DNA of 64,000 nt, from the NCBI GenBank assembly GCA_016288795.1, contig JAEELI010000007.1, forward strand, positions 71,206 to 135,205, written 5' to 3'. How positions within the stretch are numbered: position 1 is the first letter of the stretch; every line of letters starts with the position of its first letter. The notes beneath the pieces were generated by a model. That model did not search any database and was not told where the DNA came from. It worked only from the letters and a program-made list of their open reading frames with translations. Of this stretch, positions 54,504-61,404 are shown in pieces. Both the position numbers and the translations under genes were made by a program. Origin of the DNA: Bacillales bacterium (GTDB lineage: Bacteria > Bacillota_I > Bacilli_A > RF39 > UBA660).

Positions 54504-56288
54504 CTATTTTTCCCCTTTCTTCAAATTAATTAAATATTTTTGTAAATTAATGGCAACCTCTTTCGGAATAAATTTTTCTAAATCCTCTATTTTAGCATTC
54601 ATAATATTATTAATATTACCAAATTCTTTTATTAATGCCTTTTTTCTTACTTTTCCTATACCATCAACATTATCTAAAACACTACTTATTGATCCTTTGC
54701 TTCTGATTTGACGATGATAACTAATGGCATATCTATGAACTTCATCTTGCATTCTAGTCAAGTAATGAAATACTAAACTATCTTTATCTATTGGAATAAT
54801 ATTATAACTATCTCCATCTAATAAATCATTAGTTCTATGCTTATCATTTTTCTTTAACCCCACTACTTTAATAGGTAGATTTAAATTATCTAAAACATCT
54901 TTACAAGCATTTATTTGATTTATACCACCATCTACTATTATCAAATCAGGTTTTTCTAATTTATCTAATAATACTCGATAATATCTTCTATAAATAACTT
55001 CTTTCATAGTATTATAATCATCATTTTTATCTATGGTAATTTTATACTTTCGATACTCTTTCTTTTCTGGTATTCCTTCTTTGAATACTACCATGCCTGA
55101 AACAGCAAAGGTGCCAAATAGATTAGAATTATCAAATATATCTATTCTCTTCAAACTATTTAATTTCAAAATGTTTTTTAACTCTTCATTGGCACTAATG
55201 GTTCTTTTTTCTTCTTTCTCAAATGCCATAATTTCATTATTCAAATAGATTGAACTATTTAGCTTGGCCATATCTAATAATTTCTTTTTCTTTCCTTTTT
55301 CCGGAATAACAAAATTTGTTTTTAATAATTCAGATAATATATCTGTTTTTAAATATTTATCTCCAAGTATTTCTTTAGGAACTTCATGTCTAGTATAGAA
55401 GTTTAAGATATAATCATTAATTTCTTCTTCTGGGTCTATTTTAATAGTTATAATATCATTATGACTACCTATTAGTTTATTATTTCTAATAAATAGAATA
55501 TTTAAACCTATATGACCTTTATCTATATAATATCCTATAACATCTCTATTAACAAAATCATGGGCTTCAACTTTTTGTTTATCCATTATAACATCAATAT
55601 AGTTTAATTCCTCTTTTAATTCTTTAGCCATTTCATAATTTAAAGCCTCTGAATAAGAATTAATTTTGGATAAAATCTTTTCCCTAAGGATTTTATCATT
55701 TCCTCTTAAAAATGATAAAATCTCTTCTTCCATATTATTTAACTTATCTTGATCTACTTTATTAACACAATAACCTAGGCATTCCCCAATATGATAATAT
55801 AAACATAATGCCTTAGGGTTTCCTGAACATTTCTTTAATGGATATAATCTATTTAATAAATTAACTATTCTTCTAGCTGCATAAGCATTGGGATAAGGTC
55901 CAAAAATAACTTTGTTATCTCTTTTTCTTATATTTAAATATCTTGATACTTTAACTTTAGGATATGGTTTAGAAATATATTCAATATAAGGATAACTCTT
56001 ATCATCTTTTAATAAAATATTATACTTAGGGTTATGTTCTTTAATTAGATTAATTTCTGTAATAAAAGCTTCATTCTCAGTATTAGTAACTATATAAGTA
56101 AAGTCCTTAATTTCAGAAACCATTTTTTTGGTCTTACCACTTTGTTCCCTATTAAAGTAACTATTTACTCTCTTTTTTAAATCCTTTGCTTTTCCCACAT
56201 ATATTATTACCCCATCTTTATCAAGCATTTGATAACTACCAGGTAAATGGGGAATCAATTTTAATTTTTCCTCAATCATATCCATCAC
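54504..56288 (-). CDS. uvrC: excinuclease ABC subunit C
   Basis: GIY-YIG (GSYQMLDKDGVIIYVGKAKDLKKRV), UVR domain, Endo V-like domain and a C-terminal (HhH)2. Confidence 0.95.
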   Translation of the reverse strand: MMDMIEEKLKLIPHLPGSYQMLDKDGVIIYVGKAKDLKKRVNSYFNREQSGKTKKMVSEIKDFTYIVTNTENEAFITEINLIKEHNPKYNILLKDDKSYPYIEYISKPYPKVKVSRYLNIRKRDNKVIFGPYPNAYAARRIVNLLNRLYPLKKCSGNPKALCLYYHIGECLGYCVNKVDQDKLNNMEEEILSFLRGNDKILREKILSKINSYSEALNYEMAKELKEELNYIDVIMDKQKVEAHDFVNRDVIGYYIDKGHIGLNILFIRNNKLIGSHNDIITIKIDPEEEINDYILNFYTRHEVPKEILGDKYLKTDILSELLKTNFVIPEKGKKKKLLDMAKLNSSIYLNNEIMAFEKEEKRTISANEELKNILKLNSLKRIDIFDNSNLFGTFAVSGMVVFKEGIPEKKEYRKYKITIDKNDDYNTMKEVIYRRYYRVLLDKLEKPDLIIVDGGINQINACKDVLDNLNLPIKVVGLKKNDKHRTNDLLDGDSYNIIPIDKDSLVFHYLTRMQDEVHRYAISYHRQIRSKGSISSVLDNVDGIGKVRKKALIKEFGNINNIMNAKIEDLEKFIPKEVAINLQKYLINLKKGEK

Positions 56289-56344
56289 TTCCCCATTAGT
56301 ATAACATTTTTTCCTTTAAATATAAACTTTATGATACAATACTA

Positions 56345-56713
56345 ATGAAAGGAATTATTATGTATAAATTAATTAGTAATTATGTATATGAAATAAAAAA
56401 ATCTAAATTTATTGCTTATTACTATGAAATAGATAATAAAGATGAAGTTCAAAGTATACTTGATGAATTAAAAAAAGAACATAAGAAAGCTAATCACTTT
56501 CCCTATGCTTATAAAATTGGACCAATAGCTAAGAAAACTGATGATAAAGAACCAGGTGGCACCGCAGGGATGCCTATATATAATTTATTAGAAACTCATC
56601 ATTTAAATAACAAATTAATCGTGGTTGTTAGATACTTTGGGGGAACAAAATTAGGAGCTGGTCTATTAACTAGAAGTTACTTAAAAAGTGCGATTGAAGT
56701 TATTAAAGAATAG
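56345..56713 (+). CDS. YigZ/IMPACT-family N-terminal domain protein (UPF0029)
   Basis: KSKFIAYYY..., HFPYAYKIG, DDKEPGGTAGMPI, VVVRYFGGTKLG. Confidence 0.85.
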   Translation: MKGIIMYKLISNYVYEIKKSKFIAYYYEIDNKDEVQSILDELKKEHKKANHFPYAYKIGPIAKKTDDKEPGGTAGMPIYNLLETHHLNNKLIVVVRYFGGTKLGAGLLTRSYLKSAIEVIKE

Positions 56714-56746
56714 AAAAAGAAGTTAATTATTATTTAACTTCTTTTT
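56713..56746. terminator. bidirectional terminator between yigZ-like and the giant surface-protein gene
   Basis: AAAAAGAAGTTAA-TTATTAT-TTAACTTCTTTTTT. Confidence 0.7.
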
Positions 56747-56764
56747 TGTTTGGATAAATTAATA

Positions 56765-59700
56765 TTATTTATGAATACAAGTCTTATACGTTACATCGCA
56801 GTTGCTACTACCGGATGAATAATAGCATGTTGTATTTTTATAACATTTCTCTTTTGAATCACTGTAAGTATAACCAGAAGCACAATCGCCACACGTTGCA
56901 TAGTCACTCTTTGCCCAATCATGTAATCCATCATGATTTTTTTGGTCTTGGCAATAAGTTACCGCTTTATCTTTTGTTGAACAACTTGCACATGAATATT
57001 TTTTCAAAGTATCAAAATCGGCATATTTTGTGCAACTATAACTACAATCTTCTGATTGAACCCCACAGGCCGAATTACGCGATTTTGTAACTGTAATACT
57101 TGTTTCTTTCCAATTGCCAGCAGCATCGCGACACGCTAAATAATATGTTCCTCCCGATGTAAGATTCTTTGTTATTCCCGAGCCACGAAGACTACTTATA
57201 CTAGTTGTTGTTGTAATATCATCTAGAGAACTCGGATTACTTGTTCCCCAATAATATTTAGTAACCCGAACATTGTCAGAGCACTTAATAAGAACAGTAG
57301 ATTTAGCATTTGTGCCCGTATCTACTATGGTAAAGTTTGAGATTGATGGGCTTGGTTTTCCTGTATCTTTAAATGTTACCGAAATAGTTTTTGCTTCAGT
57401 TATACCATCACCTGTTACTGGACTTGTTGAACCAGTAACATAATCTCCTCCCCAAGATTTTATTGAAAATCCTGTTTCACCAGTTGCAGTTAATTTTAAT
57501 TTTTCGCCATATCTTATGTCTTCAACGGTTGCAGTATTTCCTGCTGAAGCTGTTGTTGTTCTTGAAGTTCTCGAAGTTGACTCTGCTTTTAAAGAACCAT
57601 TTGCACCAGCCGAAATAGTTATATCAAATAATTGTCTCCAGAAATACATATAATAAGTTGTTCCATTTGAAACTGTTGGTGCAGTTGTTGATACTGTTGC
57701 ACTACTCGCTGTGAATGAAGTTGCATATCCTTTAAATGAACCTCCACCAGTCGGCTTAGTATAAACACTCGATAAAGTAAGTGATGTTCCACTCTTTATA
57801 GTATATGTTCCAGAACTCTTTTGGGTATAAGATTCTGTACTATAATCAGCTTGTTTTCCAGCAATATTTAACAAAACATTATTAACTGAATAACTAACTA
57901 ATGTTATACTTGTTGAATCCCAATTTCCTGCAGCATCTCTACATCCCAACCAATAGGTTCCAGCAGCACTTTCAGATTTTTCTAAACCTGATCCAGTTAA
58001 TTTTGTCAAATTAGCCGCAACTGAACCATTCATACTGGTTTCAGATGTAGGTTTAGTTGTGCCCCAATAATATGCAGTAACACCGACATTATCACTACAC
58101 TTCAATGTTAAAGTTTGTGACGAAGACTTTAGTGTTGTTCCACCAGTCAATGACAGTGTTGGCTTTCCTGTATCTTTCCATGAAGCTGTTATCGTTTTAT
58201 CAGCTTTAATCTCTCCTCCAGTTTTAGGAGAAGTTGAACCACTAACATATCCTCCAGTCCAAGAATTCAATGAATAACCACTATTACCAGTGGCTGTAAC
58301 CTTAACAGCCTCGCCATATCTAATACCAGTTATACTTCCATTTTCACCTGAATTAACTGTAACCTTTTTACTACTTCTAGATGTAGAAACTGCGTCAACC
58401 TTTCCTCCGGTTTCACTATTAACAGTTACAGTATATGTAAGTCTATTAAACCACATATAATATGTTCCATTATTTGAAACAGTAGGCGCTGTTGAACTAA
58501 CTGAGGCAGCAGATGTTCCAAATGATGTTGAATATCCTTTATAGCTTCCTCCTCCAGCAGGTTTTGTATAAATGCTTGCTAGCGTCAAAGATGTTCCACT
58601 TTTTACAACATAGCTATTAGAAGAAGCCTCTGTATAATTAGCATTGGTATATGTATCTGCAGTGCCAGTTATATTTAATAATAAATTTTTTACTGTATAA
58701 CTATTTAAAGTTATACTTGTTTTTGCAAAATTACCAGCACCATCACCGCAGCCTAACCAATATTTTTTTGCATCTGATTCATTTTTTTCTAAACCATTGT
58801 CACTAGTTATTTCAGCTAATCTTGCTGCTACTTTCCCATTCAAATCACTGTAACTATTTGGTTCATTCTCACCCCAATAATATGCAGATATACCAGATAA
58901 TGAATCTTTACACTTCAATATAATTGATTGAGAAGCTGATTTTAATGTTGTTCCACCAGTAAGAGATGGTGTTGGATTACCTTTATCAAGTTTCATAACA
59001 TATGCTACTTCATCACTACAAACCGCGCCATTACATGCTTTTATATAATATGTAACACCTGCACTATCTGTATCAGTAGTTCTAGTAAAATAATACATTT
59101 TTTTGTTTGAATCATAGTTAGTTATCTCTGTGTCATCTTTTCCATCACGCCTGAAATAATACTTAATCGTTCCTGATGATACTGTTGAGCCTCCTACTAA
59201 TATATCAGAAGAATCTCCACCATGCCATTCACCGCTTGCTTTGCCATCTCTTGCTTCAACTTTTGGTTTGCCTGGCCTATCAATAACAGTTACTGAAATA
59301 TATTTATATAAAGAACCATTACTTAATTTTACTTTTATTATTGCAGTTCCTGGGCCAATTCCAGAAATCGTTATTTTTTGATTTGTTCCGGTTCCAGTTT
59401 TTGAACATGTTGCAACCGAAGTTGTTCCGGATGTGCACGTAACTGATTCGCTTACTGGTATTGATATTGCACTAGAAGTTTCATCTTCAGCAATTGATAA
59501 TGAAGATATTGAAACATCTTGGTTCTTATAATTTCCAGCTGTATCTTCAACATGAACATAATAATTACCAGAAGGCTTTGCGACTTCATATTTTACTGGG
59601 CTACTAGGAGTATCATATGTATTATCCCAAGTAGTTGGCTTAGAACTGCTTTTATTTACCGCATCTTTTTTTATCATTGATAAACTATCACTTAGTCTTA

Positions 59701-61309
59701 TTGCTAGTTTACTACCATCATAATCAAGTTCAATATCAGGTTTTACATTATCAACTCTTGCACTAAACGAAGCAGTACTAGAAGATAGACCAGATAAACT
59801 AGTAATTTGATATATAAATTTATATTCTCCAGTAACCGAATTATAACTAGTTATTTTGGTTCCACTAGTTGCTGTAGCATTTGGTGTACAAGTTGTCCCA
59901 GTTGTTTGACAATACTTAATTGTACAAGTTGAACCACATTCAGATTCAGTTAACTTAAATTCTAATCCTTTAGTTGACCAAGTTCCACTTGTAATAGAGG
60001 TTGTTTCACCAGTTTTATTAACAATTAAGGAAACCTTAGGTTTAACAATATCAACATTAACCTTAAATCCTGTTGGTGTGGAAGAAAGTCCAGCATTACT
60101 TTCTATCATATATCTTAAATACCAGGTTCCTGTTAAATCTGAAGGATAATCCGTATCTTTATTATATATTCCAGCTCCATTTTCAGTTGATGTTCTAGGA
60201 TCACATGTATTATTTCTATCCCAACATTTATATATCTTACATCCACTTACTCCACATGTGTTTTCACTAAATCTAAATGTTACTTTTTCATCAGACCATG
60301 TTCCTGATGTTAACAAAGTTCCTGATGTAGTCTTTTTAACAGTTACGGATACTGAAGGAGTAACTAAGTCAAACTTAGCGTGATAACTTCCTTCAGATGA
60401 TAAACCTAAATTATTTGTAATTTTATATCTAATATAATAATCTGTTGTAATTGTATTATAGGTAGTTATTCTTGAGCCATTATAAGTAATATTTGGTGTA
60501 CATGTATCATTTGTATCTTTACAATACTCTATTGTGCAATTAGTGCATGTAGTTGTAAACATATAATCTCTACCTACAGATGACCAATTTACCTCTGCAA
60601 TTTCTTCATTTGTTCCTTTTTTATATGATGCCACATTAGCTATTGGAACCCTTGTATCTAGTTCTACTGTATCACTTTTACTTGAAACATTTTCAGCATC
60701 ATCTTTAACAAACAAATATCTAGTAAAAGTTCCATTATCAGCTTCATCTAAATAGTAATCAGTTGTTATTACTCTTTGAATGCGCTCTTCATCAGTAAGT
60801 TTTACCCATTTATCGTTGCAACTAGTTGCACTACTAGTTTTACTAATACAATAGTAATTCACATCATCACTATCTAATTCTATATATGCTTCTGTATTTT
60901 TTTTACCAATAATCTCTGGATTATTTAATCCACCTATAAAAAAAGTTTTAATTACTGGGGGAACACTATCTCTTTTAAAATATAAATAACAAAAAGTCAT
61001 TTGATAATTATTAACATATGCCTCTTTTTCTCTCCCATCAAATAACAAAACTTGTTCATTAATTTTATTTCCTGCAGTATCTTGACAATATGACATTTCA
61101 TCATTAAATTTATAGCCACTTTGTGGCCATACTGAACTAGTAGTTTTGTCATATTCATGACTCTCGCTATTTTCTAACAATATTGCAAATTTATCTTTAG
61201 TAACAAATTTGTATTTTATAGGTTTATTACTATAATTAGTGTTGAATAATAATAAAACTGACATAATCATTACTATTAAAACTAATAACATAGCCATTTT
61301 CTTTTTCAT
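56765..61309 (-). CDS. giant (1514 aa) secreted or membrane-anchored modular adhesin-like protein with Cys-rich C-terminal cap ending KTCIHK
   Basis: N-terminal hydrophobic anchor, then a 2-Cys domain, three 4-Cys modules and a Big_2-like domain (ATCSKTGTGTNQKITISGIGPGTAIIKV). A 'GEWH' module and 2.3 copies of a 270-aa repeat follow, the latter containing Listeria-Bacteroides-type (Flg_new-like) units (GYSLNSWTGG, GFSIKSWGG). A 105-aa cap with 18 Cys ends the protein. No LPXTG motif or C-terminal TM segment. Confidence 0.9.
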   Translation of the reverse strand: MKKKMAMLLVLIVMIMSVLLLFNTNYSNKPIKYKFVTKDKFAILLENSESHEYDKTTSSVWPQSGYKFNDEMSYCQDTAGNKINEQVLLFDGREKEAYVNNYQMTFCYLYFKRDSVPPVIKTFFIGGLNNPEIIGKKNTEAYIELDSDDVNYYCISKTSSATSCNDKWVKLTDEERIQRVITTDYYLDEADNGTFTRYLFVKDDAENVSSKSDTVELDTRVPIANVASYKKGTNEEIAEVNWSSVGRDYMFTTTCTNCTIEYCKDTNDTCTPNITYNGSRITTYNTITTDYYIRYKITNNLGLSSEGSYHAKFDLVTPSVSVTVKKTTSGTLLTSGTWSDEKVTFRFSENTCGVSGCKIYKCWDRNNTCDPRTSTENGAGIYNKDTDYPSDLTGTWYLRYMIESNAGLSSTPTGFKVNVDIVKPKVSLIVNKTGETTSITSGTWSTKGLEFKLTESECGSTCTIKYCQTTGTTCTPNATATSGTKITSYNSVTGEYKFIYQITSLSGLSSSTASFSARVDNVKPDIELDYDGSKLAIRLSDSLSMIKKDAVNKSSSKPTTWDNTYDTPSSPVKYEVAKPSGNYYVHVEDTAGNYKNQDVSISSLSIAEDETSSAISIPVSESVTCTSGTTSVATCSKTGTGTNQKITISGIGPGTAIIKVKLSNGSLYKYISVTVIDRPGKPKVEARDGKASGEWHGGDSSDILVGGSTVSSGTIKYYFRRDGKDDTEITNYDSNKKMYYFTRTTDTDSAGVTYYIKACNGAVCSDEVAYVMKLDKGNPTPSLTGGTTLKSASQSIILKCKDSLSGISAYYWGENEPNSYSDLNGKVAARLAEITSDNGLEKNESDAKKYWLGCGDGAGNFAKTSITLNSYTVKNLLLNITGTADTYTNANYTEASSNSYVVKSGTSLTLASIYTKPAGGGSYKGYSTSFGTSAASVSSTAPTVSNNGTYYMWFNRLTYTVTVNSETGGKVDAVSTSRSSKKVTVNSGENGSITGIRYGEAVKVTATGNSGYSLNSWTGGYVSGSTSPKTGGEIKADKTITASWKDTGKPTLSLTGGTTLKSSSQTLTLKCSDNVGVTAYYWGTTKPTSETSMNGSVAANLTKLTGSGLEKSESAAGTYWLGCRDAAGNWDSTSITLVSYSVNNVLLNIAGKQADYSTESYTQKSSGTYTIKSGTSLTLSSVYTKPTGGGSFKGYATSFTASSATVSTTAPTVSNGTTYYMYFWRQLFDITISAGANGSLKAESTSRTSRTTTASAGNTATVEDIRYGEKLKLTATGETGFSIKSWGGDYVTGSTSPVTGDGITEAKTISVTFKDTGKPSPSISNFTIVDTGTNAKSTVLIKCSDNVRVTKYYWGTSNPSSLDDITTTTSISSLRGSGITKNLTSGGTYYLACRDAAGNWKETSITVTKSRNSACGVQSEDCSYSCTKYADFDTLKKYSCASCSTKDKAVTYCQDQKNHDGLHDWAKSDYATCGDCASGYTYSDSKEKCYKNTTCYYSSGSSNCDVTYKTCIHK
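57083..58978 (-). repeat. 2.3 tandem copies of a ~270-aa super-repeat (coding repeat)
   Basis: PSLTGGTTLKSASQSIILKCKDSLSGISAYYWG... and TLSLTGGTTLKSSSQTLTLKCSDNVGVTAYYWG..., plus a third partial copy SISNFTIVDTGTNAKSTVLIKCSDNVRVTKYYWG. Confidence 0.85.
59735..60649 (-). repeat. three tandem ~100-aa four-cysteine modules (coding repeat)
   Basis: TCTNCTIEYCKDTNDTCTPN, TCGVSGCKIYKCWDRNNTCDPR and ECGSTCTIKYCQTTGTTCTPN, each followed by ..Y.(I/L)RY.I.(N/S).GLSS. Confidence 0.85.
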
Positions 61310-61404
61310 AACATCACTCTAATTCTATCTATTCATATTAATTTTAATTGTTTTTAAAAGTATAGTCAAGCATATAAAAAGGAGATTATTCATCTCCTTT
61401 AGTA

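Noticed and set aside
56765-56785. Reading the shared C-terminal C-I-H-K as a CaaX prenylation box
   Set aside because: The proteins are exported and extracellular, His is not an aliphatic a2 residue, and no prenyltransferase context is present. The feature is kept only as a 'conserved terminal tag'.
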